Shown: positions 30,312 through 40,004 of the stretch, one piece after another
How the letters are laid out: each line of letters opens with the position of its first letter
How positions within the stretch are numbered: position 1 is the stretch's first letter
DNA from: an uncultured Acidobacteriota bacterium
GTDB taxonomy: Bacteria > Acidobacteriota > Terriglobia > Acidiferrales > UBA7541
Assembly (NCBI GenBank): GCA_963761945.1
Contig: CAVXIM010000019.1
Span: 263,933-327,932 of the forward strand
Length of the DNA stretch: 64,000 nucleotides
Direction of reading: 5' to 3'
Notes under the pieces: model-generated
Databases searched by the model: none
What the model was told of the DNA's origin: nothing
Seen by the model: only the letters and a program-made list of their open reading frames with translations
Position numbers and translations under genes: made by a program

Positions 30312-31448
30312 TTGATTCCACACCCCGCGTCGAAAGTGATCATCCGATCAGGATGGTCATCCCGAGCGAACAACGAGAGCGAGGGACCTCTCTTAGTGCC
30401 GGACGTCCAAAGAGCAACCAAATTGGTGAGTGATTCCACACCCCGCGTCGAAAGCATTACACCCTCCGCCGCCATTCCCGGCGGCGAAATCGCCATCCAG
30501 GGGAAGGGTTTTGCCGTGAACAATAATGCGCGCCCACGGGTGATGTTTGGCGATACGGAGGCGAGCGTGGTCGTCGCCGCGGAAAGCTATCTCGTCGCCC
30601 GTGTTCCCGAAGGTGCGGGCGGAGCCAGCGTGCGCGTGGCCACTTCGCATGGCACCAGTCCGCCAGTGGAGATGCAGCTGGGCGTGCAGATTGCAGAAAA
30701 CCTGCATCCCGTGGCGAACCCGGCGGTGGACGGCGAGGGAAATATTTATGTCACTTACAGCGGGCAGCGCGGCCAGAAGGTTCCGGTTTCGCTCTATAAG
30801 ATTACGGCCAATTACCAGGTGAAGCCGTACGCCACCGAACTGCTGAATCCCACGGGTCTGGCTCTGGACCAGGACAACATACTTTATGTCTCCTGCCGCA
30901 ACGACGGCACGATTCACCGCGTCACGCCGGACGGCCGTTCGCAACTCTGGGTGGAAGGCATGGGCATCGCCACAGGAATCGCCTTCGATGCCGACAAAAA
31001 TCTCTTCGTAGGCGATCGCAGCGGAACGATTTTCAAGATCAGCCCGGACCGGCAGATCTTCGTTTTTGCCACGCTCGAACCATCCATCGCGGCTTATCAT
31101 CTGGCTTTCAGCACCTCAGGAGAGCTCTACGTGGCCGGACCGACGACTTCGAGCTACGACCGCATCGTGCGCATCAATCGGCAAGGCGAGGTGAGCCTTT
31201 TCTATCGCGGCTTGGGCAGACCGCAGGGGCTGGCGTTTGACCGCGAAGGAAACCTGTACGTCGCCGCGTCACTCAATGGACGTCGCGGAATCATCCGGAT
31301 CACGCCGGACGGGCGTGCGGAACTCGTGCTCAGCGGGATGGGTTTGGTTGGAGTCGCGCTGCTGCCCACCAAGCGCGCCGTGCTGGCGACAACCAGCGCG
31401 CTTTTCAGCGTGGACTGGAATATTGAGGGCCTGGCTCTCCCGGTGTAA
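30312..31448 (+). CDS. IPT/TIG domain + NHL/SMP-30-like beta-propeller protein (start uncertain)
   Basis: 'ITPSAAIPGGEIAIQGKGF...ARVPEGAGG' (IPT-like), then repeated blades 'NPTGLALDQDNILYVS', 'GIAFDADKNLFVGD', 'PQGLAFDREGNLYVA'. The first ~37 codons translate the repeat element, so TTG 30423 or GTG 30426 are plausible real starts. Confidence 0.6.
   Translation: MIPHPASKVIIRSGWSSRANNESEGPLLVPDVQRATKLVSDSTPRVESITPSAAIPGGEIAIQGKGFAVNNNARPRVMFGDTEASVVVAAESYLVARVPEGAGGASVRVATSHGTSPPVEMQLGVQIAENLHPVANPAVDGEGNIYVTYSGQRGQKVPVSLYKITANYQVKPYATELLNPTGLALDQDNILYVSCRNDGTIHRVTPDGRSQLWVEGMGIATGIAFDADKNLFVGDRSGTIFKISPDRQIFVFATLEPSIAAYHLAFSTSGELYVAGPTTSSYDRIVRINRQGEVSLFYRGLGRPQGLAFDREGNLYVAASLNGRRGIIRITPDGRAELVLSGMGLVGVALLPTKRAVLATTSALFSVDWNIEGLALPV
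30313..30454 (+). repeat. Perfect 24-nt direct repeat pair (30313-30336 and 30431-30454) bracketing element C3
   Basis: 'TGATTCCACACCCCGCGTCGAAAG' occurs twice, 118 nt apart. Confidence 0.9.
30337..30396 (+). repeat. Post-stop-codon repeat element, copy C3
   Basis: 'TGATCATCCGATCAGGATGGTCATCCCGAGCGAACAACGAGAGCGAGGGACCTCTCTTAG'. It lies 72 nt downstream of the pgpA stop, in the same orientation as transcription. Confidence 0.7.
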
Positions 31449-31467
31449 TCCACTATGACTCCCGAAT

Positions 31468-32745
31468 ATGCAAGCTGAGATCATTGCCGTCGGTTCGGAG
31501 CTGCTGACGCCAGACCGCATCGACACCAATTCACTTTTTCTCACCCAGCGGCTCAATCACCTGGGTATCGCTGTGGCTCGCAAGACCGTCGTCGGCGACC
31601 AGCACGATCATGTTCGCGATGCCTTTCGTTGCGCCCTCGATCGCTGCGATCTGGTGGTTTCCTCCGGCGGCCTGGGGCCTACGCTCGACGATCTGACGCG
31701 GGAGGCGGTCGCGGACTTACTAGGCCGCAAGCTCGTGCTGAATAGTCCCGTGCTGCAAAATATCGAGGCCCGTTTCCGGCGACTGGGGCGGACCATGCCC
31801 GAAGTAAACAAACGCCAAGCGATGGTGCCGGAAGGCGCCGATCTTCTGGAAAATCCACGCGGCACGGCCCCGGGGCTTTGGCTGGAATCCGCGGGACGCA
31901 TCGTCGTGCTTTTGCCCGGGCCGCCGCACGAATTGAAGGCCATGTTCACGGAAAAAGTCGAGCCGCGCCTCGAGCGGCTGGCCGGCGCCACCCGCCTTTT
32001 TTATCGTGAAATGCGCACGGCCGGACTCACCGAATCGGAGGTCGAGCAGCGCACGGCTCCGATCTATACGCAGTATCCTGAGGTGCAAACCACGATTCTC
32101 ACCGCTCCGGGCGAAATCCAGCTCCATTTGCGCGTATGGTCTTCCGATTACGCCGCCGCTGAACGGATGCTCGACGATTTGATCGAGCGCATCAACCTTG
32201 CGCTTGGAGAAAATGTCTTCACCTCCAATGGCCAAACGCTCGAAGAGATCGTGGCGCACGAAATGGCCCTCAATCAGGCCACTGTAGCCACCGCCGAAAG
32301 CTGCACCGGAGGTTTGCTTGCGGAAAGACTGACGCGCATTCCCGGAAGCTCCGCTTATTTTCTGGGTGGCGTCGTCTGCTATAGCAATGATCTCAAGACT
32401 GCCTGGGCGGATGTGCCCATGGAGCTAATTGAGTCGAAGGGCGCCGTCAGTCCCGAAGTTGCCCAGGCCCTCGCGCAAGGAATCCGCCGCCGCATCGGAG
32501 CGACGCTTGGCATCGGCATCACAGGAATTGCCGGGCCTTCCGGCGGGTCGCCGGAGAAGCCCGTCGGTTTGGTTTACATCGCCCTTGCGGACGCTAACGG
32601 CAGCCGCGATCGCACGCTGCGTTTTCCCGGCGATCGCGAACGCATCCGCTGGCATGCGTCTCAGGCAGCACTGGATATGCTGCGCCGCTATTTCATCTAT
32701 GCGCGACACGGAAAGCCATCCTGGCCCAGCGTGGTGCAGAGCTAA
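31468..32745 (+). CDS. cinA: CinA-family competence/damage-inducible protein (nicotinamide-nucleotide amidase)
   Basis: 'MQAEIIAVGSELLTPDRIDTNS', 'SGGLGPTLDDLT' and a C-terminal 'TAESCTGGLLA...GITGIAGP'. Confidence 0.85.
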   Translation: MQAEIIAVGSELLTPDRIDTNSLFLTQRLNHLGIAVARKTVVGDQHDHVRDAFRCALDRCDLVVSSGGLGPTLDDLTREAVADLLGRKLVLNSPVLQNIEARFRRLGRTMPEVNKRQAMVPEGADLLENPRGTAPGLWLESAGRIVVLLPGPPHELKAMFTEKVEPRLERLAGATRLFYREMRTAGLTESEVEQRTAPIYTQYPEVQTTILTAPGEIQLHLRVWSSDYAAAERMLDDLIERINLALGENVFTSNGQTLEEIVAHEMALNQATVATAESCTGGLLAERLTRIPGSSAYFLGGVVCYSNDLKTAWADVPMELIESKGAVSPEVAQALAQGIRRRIGATLGIGITGIAGPSGGSPEKPVGLVYIALADANGSRDRTLRFPGDRERIRWHASQAALDMLRRYFIYARHGKPSWPSVVQS

Positions 32746-32774
32746 GGTGCCCAGAGCTGAGGTACAAGGATAGC

Positions 32775-33341
32775 GTGCGCCTCTTCGTGGCTCTGGACGT
32801 GCCCGAGGCCGTGCGCGCCGCGCTTGCCGAACTGAGCGCCCGGCTGCGGAAAATTTGCCCCGGCGCGCGCTGGGTGCGTCTGGAAGGCGTGCACATCACG
32901 CTAAAATTTATCGGTGAGGTTCCGCCTGAACAGGTCGAGAACATACGCCAGGCGCTCGGCAATCTTCCCAGCTTTGCCGCGATCGAATCGCGTTTCGCCG
33001 GCTTGGGTTTTTTCCCCAGCGCGCGCCGCCCTCGCGTCTTGTGGGCCGGCGTCGAAGCCGGCCCGCAGCTCGCCGCACTCGTCGCCGCCATCGAAATGAA
33101 GCTCGAATCGCTCGGCGTTCCGCCCGAAAGACGCCCCTTCCAGCCGCACCTCACGCTGGCACGCTTTGAAACTCCGCAGCGCACGCAGGCTCTGAGCGCC
33201 GCGGTGGAAGCTCTCGGAACGCCCGAATTCGGAAGCGAGACTTTCCGGGAATTCCACCTGTATCAAAGCGTGCTGAAACGTTCCGGGGCCGAGTACACTC
33301 GGCTGGTTACTTACCCGTTCCATCGAGAGCCGGCGCCTTGA
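32775..33341 (+). CDS. thpR: RNA 2',3'-cyclic phosphodiesterase (2H family)
   Basis: Two HxT/S motifs: 'VHITLKFIG' and 'PHLTLARF'. GTG start. Confidence 0.8.
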   Translation: MRLFVALDVPEAVRAALAELSARLRKICPGARWVRLEGVHITLKFIGEVPPEQVENIRQALGNLPSFAAIESRFAGLGFFPSARRPRVLWAGVEAGPQLAALVAAIEMKLESLGVPPERRPFQPHLTLARFETPQRTQALSAAVEALGTPEFGSETFREFHLYQSVLKRSGAEYTRLVTYPFHREPAP

Positions 33342-34042
33342 GTCCATCCTTTACGTTACTCGCAAACGCGCTCGGAGTTTTGGCCGCGCAGATCGATCTC
33401 CGCCAGGGCGCCGCCGGCCTCTGGTGGCTTGCTCCTGCAGCCTATCTGCTGGGGTCTATCCCTTTCGGATTTCTGATCGTCAAGCTCGTCGGAGGAGGCG
33501 ACATTCGCTTCCGCGGCAGCGGCAATATCGGGGCAACCAATGTGGCACGCGAAGCGGGCGCGCTCCCCGGCGTGGCCACGCTGCTGCTGGACGGCGCCAA
33601 GGGCTACTTCGCAGTGTGGCTGGCCGGTCGAGTAACCAATGGCAACCCTCGATGGATGATCCTGGCAGCGGTGCTGACGATCGTGGGGCATACGTTTCCG
33701 GTTTGGCTACGATTTCAGGGTGGACGCGGCGTGGCGACAGGCGCAGGAGTTTTCTTGCCCATCTGCTGGCAAGCCGTCTTGGGCGCGCTGATCGTGTGGT
33801 TGGTGGTCCTGGCGTTCTGGAGGTACGTTTCACTGGCCTCCATCTCGGCCGCGGCTTCGCTTCCCCTGCTGGTTTATCTGCTCTATGCTCCAGGCCACGC
33901 ACCGCCCGAATCTATTTCCGCCGGCGCATCCTTTGCCATGCTATTGATCATCGCCCGCCACCGTTCCAATATCATCCGGCTGCTTCGGGGTACCGAGCCG
34001 CAATTTAGCTTCAAAGGCGGCCCGCGCTCACCCAAACTGTGA
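33338..34042 (+). CDS. plsY: Glycerol-3-phosphate acyltransferase PlsY
   Basis: 'LLGSIPFGFLIVKL..GGDIRFRGSGNIGATNVAR', 'GHTFPVWLRFQGGRGVATG'. Confidence 0.85.
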   Translation: MSPSFTLLANALGVLAAQIDLRQGAAGLWWLAPAAYLLGSIPFGFLIVKLVGGGDIRFRGSGNIGATNVAREAGALPGVATLLLDGAKGYFAVWLAGRVTNGNPRWMILAAVLTIVGHTFPVWLRFQGGRGVATGAGVFLPICWQAVLGALIVWLVVLAFWRYVSLASISAAASLPLLVYLLYAPGHAPPESISAGASFAMLLIIARHRSNIIRLLRGTEPQFSFKGGPRSPKL

Positions 34043-35055
34043 AAAAAATCGCCATTATCGGGGCGGGGAGTTGCGGCACCGCGCTGGCCATCGCTCTGGC
34101 GCGCAGTCGCGAACCCCACCGCCTCTCGCTGTGGGTACACGGCGCCGATGTGCTTGCCGGAGTGCGCAAGCGCCGCGAGAATTCCATTTACCTGCCCGGC
34201 ATCCGCATTCCGGAAGAAATCGAAGTTACCGGGAATCTCGGTGAGGCACTCGCGGAGGCGGAAATTGTGCTTGGCGTGATGCCCTCGGCCCATGCCCGGA
34301 CAATCTATACCGCCATGTTGCCGCATCTCAATGCGACGGCCGCGGCCGATGCCATCTTCGTCAGCGCAACCAAGGGTCTGGAGCAAGATTCTCTCGCCCG
34401 GATGAGTGTGATGATCACCGAAATCATCGGGCAAAAGTTCGCCCCTCGCGTGGCGGCACTCTCGGGGCCGAGCTTTGCTCTGGAGGTAGCTCGCGGCGAT
34501 CCCACGGCCGTCGTGATCGCCTCCGGCGATTTGCAAGCCGCCGCGGAAATCCAGCGCGAATTCTCGAGTTCCACACTGCGTCTCTACACCAACGACGATA
34601 TTGTTGGCGTGGAACTGGGGGGCGCGGTCAAGAATGTTGTCGCACTTGCCGCCGGTGTTTGCGCGGGCCTCGGGTTGGGCGCGAATACGATCGCAGCGCT
34701 GATCACGCGCGGCCTTTCCGAAATGACCCGTCTGGCCGTGGCGCTTGGCGGCAGGCGCGATACACTCGCAGGCCTCGCCGGGCTGGGCGATCTTGTGCTC
34801 ACAGCGACCGGAGCTCTAAGCCGGAATCGCTCGGTGGGGGTGGAACTGGGCAAAGGGCGCAAGCTCCCGGAAATTCTGTCGCAGATGCGCATGGTGGCGG
34901 AGGGAGTGGGGACGGCCTCCGCGACCATGGCGCTGGCCCGTAAACATAAAGTGGACATGCCCATCACCGAGCAGATGTACGCCATCCTGCATGAGGGCCG
35001 TGCGCCGAGCGCCGCCATTCGCGAACTGATGGAGCGCCGGCTTACGAGAGAATAG
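34039..35055 (+). CDS. gpsA: NAD(P)H-dependent glycerol-3-phosphate dehydrogenase
   Basis: 'KIAIIGAGSCGTALA', 'GPSFALEVA', 'GAVKNVVALAAG', 'GDLVLTATGALSRNR'. There is a 4-nt overlap with plsY. Confidence 0.9.
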   Translation: MKKIAIIGAGSCGTALAIALARSREPHRLSLWVHGADVLAGVRKRRENSIYLPGIRIPEEIEVTGNLGEALAEAEIVLGVMPSAHARTIYTAMLPHLNATAAADAIFVSATKGLEQDSLARMSVMITEIIGQKFAPRVAALSGPSFALEVARGDPTAVVIASGDLQAAAEIQREFSSSTLRLYTNDDIVGVELGGAVKNVVALAAGVCAGLGLGANTIAALITRGLSEMTRLAVALGGRRDTLAGLAGLGDLVLTATGALSRNRSVGVELGKGRKLPEILSQMRMVAEGVGTASATMALARKHKVDMPITEQMYAILHEGRAPSAAIRELMERRLTRE

Positions 35056-35188
35056 GTTGGGCTGCTTACTTTGCGTATACAGGCCCATGATGCTTAGCCA
35101 ACGCCCGGAGCAAAACGCGTGTCATGCTTCCTTCGTTGGAGTCGGACATTTGCCCTCACATAAGAAGCCTTCGCAAGGAGAATAAATC

Positions 35189-35707
35189 GTGGAACCGCAG
35201 GAACTAGCTGAAAATACCGAAAAAGCCAAAGAATCCGGCCAGCGCGCCATCGGGCTAACCATGGCGATTCTCGCCGTGCTGCTGGCTGTCTCTACTTTGC
35301 TGAGCCATCGCGCCCATACCGAGGAAGTGCTGCTCGAGACGCGCGCCACCGACCAGTGGAATTATTATCAGGCCAAAAACATTCGCTCACATGTTTACGA
35401 CGCCGACGCCGAAATCGCCGGCCTTTTTGCCGAAAAAGGAGCCCAAGCGGCCGCGGACTTCCGCGTCAAATCGGAACAGCAGAAAAAGGATTCGGAGCAA
35501 ATTCAGGCGGAGGCTGAGAAGCTCGGCAGAGAGGTGGACGGGGCGAGCCGTAAAGCCGGTTTTTACGATGGCAGCGAACTATTCCTGGAAGTGGCTATCG
35601 TTCTTAGCTCCATCTCACTGCTGGCCCAGAGCCGGCTTTATTGGCGGGCATCGTTTCTTTTCAGCCTCGTCGGAGTGGGAGTAGGGTTGTGGGGTCTTCT
35701 CCGCTGA
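35189..35707 (+). CDS. DUF4337-like membrane protein
   Basis: 'AIGLTMAILAVLLAVSTLLSHRAHTEEVLLETRATDQWNYYQAKNIR' and a C-terminal TM pair. The call is by eye. Confidence 0.5.
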   Translation: MEPQELAENTEKAKESGQRAIGLTMAILAVLLAVSTLLSHRAHTEEVLLETRATDQWNYYQAKNIRSHVYDADAEIAGLFAEKGAQAAADFRVKSEQQKKDSEQIQAEAEKLGREVDGASRKAGFYDGSELFLEVAIVLSSISLLAQSRLYWRASFLFSLVGVGVGLWGLLR

Positions 35708-35833
35708 TTTGAGGGCGTCTTGAGAACTAGCCTCACGAACGAGGCGAGCGATTCACCTATTTTCTACCGGGTCCATCAAATATAACAAGCACCAGTTGGC
35801 GGCCTCCCAAACTCAAGTGACAGGAGCCCTACG

Positions 35834-36235
35834 ATGAAGGGATTCAAACAGTTCTTGCTCCGGGGCAACGTGGTTGATCTGGCGGTCGGCGTGGTGATCG
35901 GCGCCGCCTTCGGCACCGTCGTGAATGCAATGGTGAAGGGCCTGCTCACGCCGCTCATTGCCGCTGTGGTCAAGCAACCCGACTTCTCGGCTATCAGTTT
36001 CACGATCCGTGGCAGCAAGTTTCTTGTCGGCGATTTCGTCAATTCAGTGGTCTCCTTCGTGATCATCGCCGCCGCAGTGTACTTTGCCGTCGTGCTGCCT
36101 ATGAATGCCCTGATGGCCCGCGTGCACCGCGAAGACAAGCCGGTACAGCCCAGCACGAAGAAATGCCCCGAATGCCTGAGCGAAATTCCCATCGAGGCCC
36201 GCCGCTGCGCCCACTGCACGCAGCCAGTACCATAA
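35834..36235 (+). CDS. mscL: Large-conductance mechanosensitive channel MscL with C-terminal CxxC...CxxC tail
   Basis: 'MKGFKQFLLRGNVVDLAVGVVIGAAFGTVVNAMV' and the tail 'KKCPECLSEIPIEARRCAHCTQPV'. Confidence 0.9.
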   Translation: MKGFKQFLLRGNVVDLAVGVVIGAAFGTVVNAMVKGLLTPLIAAVVKQPDFSAISFTIRGSKFLVGDFVNSVVSFVIIAAAVYFAVVLPMNALMARVHREDKPVQPSTKKCPECLSEIPIEARRCAHCTQPVP

Positions 36236-36354
36236 TTGCACAACTGCTTAGCCTAACGTTTTCCGCAATTTACGGGTCTTGGCGAATCGGCAACCGCGGC
36301 TCGGTCTTTTCTCCCGCGCCTCAAGGCACAAAGTAAAATAGAGATTGCCTGGCC

Positions 36355-38136
36355 ATGCCGCTTCCGCAGCGCAAACCGGCTCGCACGTTCCGTCCCCGGC
36401 TGTTGTTTCTGGTTCTGGGTGCGATGCTGCTCGTCAGCGCGTTGCCCCTGGGACTCTATCACTTTCAGGTTCTACAGCTCAGCCAAGAGAAGCTCACCGA
36501 TACCGAGAGCGTGCAGCAGACCGAGCTGACGCGCTCGGTGGGCGAAGAGATCCAGCTTTTCGACGCCAATCTTTATCAACAGCTCATCAGCGAGCGCCAA
36601 ATCCTGGCCCTGACGGGCCTCCTCGACCATGTAAATGACCCGGTGCGAGGTCCGCAGGTGACGCGCCTGCTCGAGAACTTCGTTGCCAGCAACCCTAATA
36701 TCCTGTATCTGACGGCGGTTGGAACGGATGCCAAGGGCGCGGGAGCGGGGAACTTCCGCGCGGACCAGGACCCTTTTGTCAGCAAGGCGCTCCAGCGTGC
36801 GTTTGCCGCTTGCCTCCAGTCGGTGGTATTCCGCAGCGAACCGCTGGCACTGGGACCGGAAAACAGGCCCGCATTTGTGATGGCCATCCCATTGGAAGTC
36901 AGCGATCAGTTCAGCGGCATGCTAGCGATGGTGGTGTCGCTGGATAGCGTGCTGCGGCGCCTGGAAGAGACCAGCGTGCGCGGCCGAACCGTCTTTGTGG
37001 TGGACCACGGCGGGCGTGTAATCGCTCATCCCGATGCCCGGCGATTCGTCCCCGGCACGGACCTGCGCAGCTCTTATATCGTGGCACAGGCGTCCGGGCT
37101 ACCGAAGGATTTGCGCACCACGGCCACCGTGCAGCGGTTCAGTGATATCGAGCAGGGGCGTAAGTCGGAGCTGATCGGCACCTACAGCACCATTCCCGAT
37201 TTGGCTTGGACAGTAATTGCTCAGCGCAGCATCGAAGAAGCGCGCGACGATGCCGGCGTAAGGGAACTGAACGCTCAGGCGCTCACCTTCGTGCTCGTGG
37301 TGACGGCCGCCGCAGTCATCCTGGGGTACCTGTTTGCCGTCGGCATCAGCACGCCCATCCGGGCCCTGGCCGCCTCCACGCGCGCCATCAGCCGCGGAGA
37401 ATTCCACGAACGCGCTCCGGTACGCGGCGCCGCGGAAATCAGCGAGCTGGCGCAAACCTTCAACAACATGGCCGGCGATATCGAAAGCTATATCGCGCGT
37501 CTGAAGCAGGCCGCCGAGGAAAACCGCGAGCTCTTCTTGGGCTCCATTCGTATGCTCGCCGCGGCCATCGACGAAAAAGATCCCTACACTCGCGGCCATT
37601 CCGATCGCGTCGCTAAATACTCAGTCATGATCGGCCAGCAACTCGAACTTCCGGCCAAGGAATTGGACCGACTACGAATCTCGGCCTTACTTCACGACGT
37701 CGGAAAAATCGGGGTGGATGATCGCGTGCTCAAGAAACCCGGCGCATTGACCGCCGAGGAATTCCAAATCATGAAGCAGCATCCCAGTAAGGGCGCGAAC
37801 ATCATGCGTCCGGTTGCTCAGCTGAAAGACGTTCTGCCGGGAATCGAACTACATCACGAGCACGTCGACGGCAAGGGCTATCCCTATGGTTTGAAGGGCG
37901 AAGATATACCCATGATGGCGCGCATTATCGCAGTCTCCGACACGCTCGACGCTATAACCACCAATCGCCCTTATCAATCAGCCATGGAAATCGATGAGGC
38001 TCTCAGGATTATCCGCAAAGTCGCGGGAAGCAAGTTTGACCTCACGGTGGTTGAAGCTCTCGAAGCTGTAGTCCAATCCGGAAAACTGCGCCTCGCCCCT
38101 TCCGTGGTGGAAGTCAACGCGCCAGTCAATGCCTAG
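36355..38136 (+). CDS. Membrane sensor (Cache-like + HAMP) HD-GYP phosphodiesterase
   Basis: An N-terminal TM, a periplasmic domain, a second TM, a HAMP-like segment ('PIRALAASTRAISRGEF'), then 'HSDRVAKY', 'LLHDVGKIGV' and 'HHEHVDGKGYPYGL'. Confidence 0.8.
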   Translation: MPLPQRKPARTFRPRLLFLVLGAMLLVSALPLGLYHFQVLQLSQEKLTDTESVQQTELTRSVGEEIQLFDANLYQQLISERQILALTGLLDHVNDPVRGPQVTRLLENFVASNPNILYLTAVGTDAKGAGAGNFRADQDPFVSKALQRAFAACLQSVVFRSEPLALGPENRPAFVMAIPLEVSDQFSGMLAMVVSLDSVLRRLEETSVRGRTVFVVDHGGRVIAHPDARRFVPGTDLRSSYIVAQASGLPKDLRTTATVQRFSDIEQGRKSELIGTYSTIPDLAWTVIAQRSIEEARDDAGVRELNAQALTFVLVVTAAAVILGYLFAVGISTPIRALAASTRAISRGEFHERAPVRGAAEISELAQTFNNMAGDIESYIARLKQAAEENRELFLGSIRMLAAAIDEKDPYTRGHSDRVAKYSVMIGQQLELPAKELDRLRISALLHDVGKIGVDDRVLKKPGALTAEEFQIMKQHPSKGANIMRPVAQLKDVLPGIELHHEHVDGKGYPYGLKGEDIPMMARIIAVSDTLDAITTNRPYQSAMEIDEALRIIRKVAGSKFDLTVVEALEAVVQSGKLRLAPSVVEVNAPVNA

Positions 38137-38225
38137 GGAAATTCGCGCCTGAAGAAACCCGAGCGGCAGCAAGTACCAGCAGCAATCTCCAAACACAAAG
38201 GATGTATTGGGGAACTGGTCGGAGA

Positions 38226-38819
38226 CTAGCCCGGCGGAGCACCGACGCGCAAATTGGAGAGGTCGCGCAGCATCTGGCGCTCATTGGGAGCCAGCCCGTT
38301 CATGAAGGACTCATCGTTGAGCCTGGAGTCGCGTTCGGACTCGCTCAAGGCGTGCAAATCACGAAGCTTCCCTAGCACCACCTGGCGCCGCGCGGGGGGC
38401 AGACTTTGCCATTCGGGCATCAGGGTCTGGCGAACGTAGCGGCGCTGCTCCGGCGTCATTTGCTCGAGAACGCGCTCCCGCTGCAAAAGGGTTTGCCGCT
38501 GCTCGGGCGGCAGATTATTCCACGTCTGCAGCCGCTGTCGTATCTGTGCCTGCTGTTGCGGGGGCAAACTGCGGAAGCGCGCGTTATTGCCGAGGAACTT
38601 TTCCTGTTCCGCGGGCGTCATTTCTTGCAGGCGCTCGACCCAACGCGGCGGCAGATTTTCTTTGGGTTGGGCGTTAGGCTGGGCGTTGGGCCGCTCGACG
38701 GGAGGCCGCTCTGCGGGCCGTTCCGTCCGCGGCCGGTTTTTTTGAGCAAAGAGAGTCGCGCCCGGCGCGCAAAGCGTCGATGCCAGCACCGCTATACCGA
38801 ATTGTCCGAGTCTGCGCAC
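38226..38819 (-). CDS. DUF3106-like periplasmic repeat protein
   Basis: A signal peptide, then repeated 'LPP.QRQ' / 'MTPEQRRY' / 'LPPARRQ' helix motifs. It lies downstream of the ECF sigma/anti-sigma pair. Confidence 0.5.
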   Translation of the reverse strand: MRRLGQFGIAVLASTLCAPGATLFAQKNRPRTERPAERPPVERPNAQPNAQPKENLPPRWVERLQEMTPAEQEKFLGNNARFRSLPPQQQAQIRQRLQTWNNLPPEQRQTLLQRERVLEQMTPEQRRYVRQTLMPEWQSLPPARRQVVLGKLRDLHALSESERDSRLNDESFMNGLAPNERQMLRDLSNLRVGAPPG

Positions 38820-38850
38820 GAGCCGGGTTTCTTCTCTTTTCTTTGTCCGT

Positions 38851-39369
38851 CTACATTTGATTCAAGGGCTTTGGCTGCGCGGCCTGTTGCACCGGCAACT
38901 CCGACAGCGCGTCAAAGCTCGTCAGCACATCATAATCTTCCAGCACAGGCAGATCTTTAATCATTCCGAAGTCGTTCTCGGCATTCTGAGTTGCGACTCC
39001 AGCCGAAGGACGCGCCGCAGGGATACGTCCGGGCTGGAACGACGACAGCCAGATCGACGCGATCAGGAGCGCGGTGGCTGCGAAAGCCATGCGCGGCGAA
39101 GGCACGATCCAGCTCCAAAAGCCTGCACGACGCGGCTCTTGTTCCACGCGCGCCCTCAGGCTCGCATCGAATGCAGGCGATGGCGCAAGAACCGGCAGTT
39201 CATCGAGTACGCTCCATACCGATCGGAATCCATCGGCGCGTTCGCGGCATGCCGCGCAAGCAGCCAGATGCGCGTCAAATTGGCGTCGCTCAGAGGCCTG
39301 GAGTTTGCCATCCAGGTACGCGACCAAATTCTTTTCCATATGTCCGCAGTTCATATTCGACAACCTCAT
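38851..39369 (-). CDS. Anti-sigma factor (zf-HC2 type)
   Basis: 'HLAACAACRERADGF' zinc motif and a central TM ('MAFAATALLIASIWL'). The ATGA overlaps the sigma gene stop. Confidence 0.7.
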   Translation of the reverse strand: MRLSNMNCGHMEKNLVAYLDGKLQASERRQFDAHLAACAACRERADGFRSVWSVLDELPVLAPSPAFDASLRARVEQEPRRAGFWSWIVPSPRMAFAATALLIASIWLSSFQPGRIPAARPSAGVATQNAENDFGMIKDLPVLEDYDVLTSFDALSELPVQQAAQPKPLNQM

Positions 39370-40004
39370 TTCCCAGGCCGGCCGGCCTGAGCTTGCACCT
39401 GCGCCGCCTCAACCAGCGGCGCCAATTCCACCCGCAACGTTTCGTAAGCGCGGAAGAGCAGCGATTTCAGAGCGCTTTCAGAACAGCCCAGGACCCCGGC
39501 GATCTCATCGTAATCCATCTCTTGATACTTGTGCAGCAGAACCGCCGCCCGCTGCTTCTCCGGCAGGGCCTCGACCGCGCGGCGGATCTGCTCGGCGCGG
39601 TCCCGCCGGATCAGTTCGAGTTCTATGCTGGGCTGCCGGTCGGGAATTTCCAGCGCCGGCGGCTCGCTTTCTCTATCGATCGAATGATCGAAAGCCGCAC
39701 GATCGATGGAAACTTCCTGCTGGCGATAACGGCCGTCGCGCAAGGCGTTCAACGCCAGGTTTGTGGCGATTCGAAACATCCACGTGGTGAATTTAGCCGT
39801 GGGCAGATACTGCCCGCGCGCGCGATACACCCGTAGAAAAACCTCCTGCGCCAGATCCTCGGCCGCCGCGGTATCCCGCACCATGCGGTAGAGGAAATTG
39901 ACGACAGGGGTCCGGTATTTGCGCAGCAGAAGTTCGAAAGACGAAACGTCTCCCGACTTCACGTCCAGCATGAGTTGGACGTCGGACCTGGCCATGGCCT
40001 CCAC
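39366..40004 (-). CDS. ECF (sigma-70 group 4) RNA polymerase sigma factor
   Basis: Region 2 'AEDLAQEVFLRVYRA...FTTWMFRIATNLALNALR' and region 4 'LPEKQRAAVLLHKYQEMDYDEIAGVLGCSESALKSLLFRA'. The start is either GTG 40004 or ATG 39995. Confidence 0.85.
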   Translation of the reverse strand: MEAMARSDVQLMLDVKSGDVSSFELLLRKYRTPVVNFLYRMVRDTAAAEDLAQEVFLRVYRARGQYLPTAKFTTWMFRIATNLALNALRDGRYRQQEVSIDRAAFDHSIDRESEPPALEIPDRQPSIELELIRRDRAEQIRRAVEALPEKQRAAVLLHKYQEMDYDEIAGVLGCSESALKSLLFRAYETLRVELAPLVEAAQVQAQAGRPGK

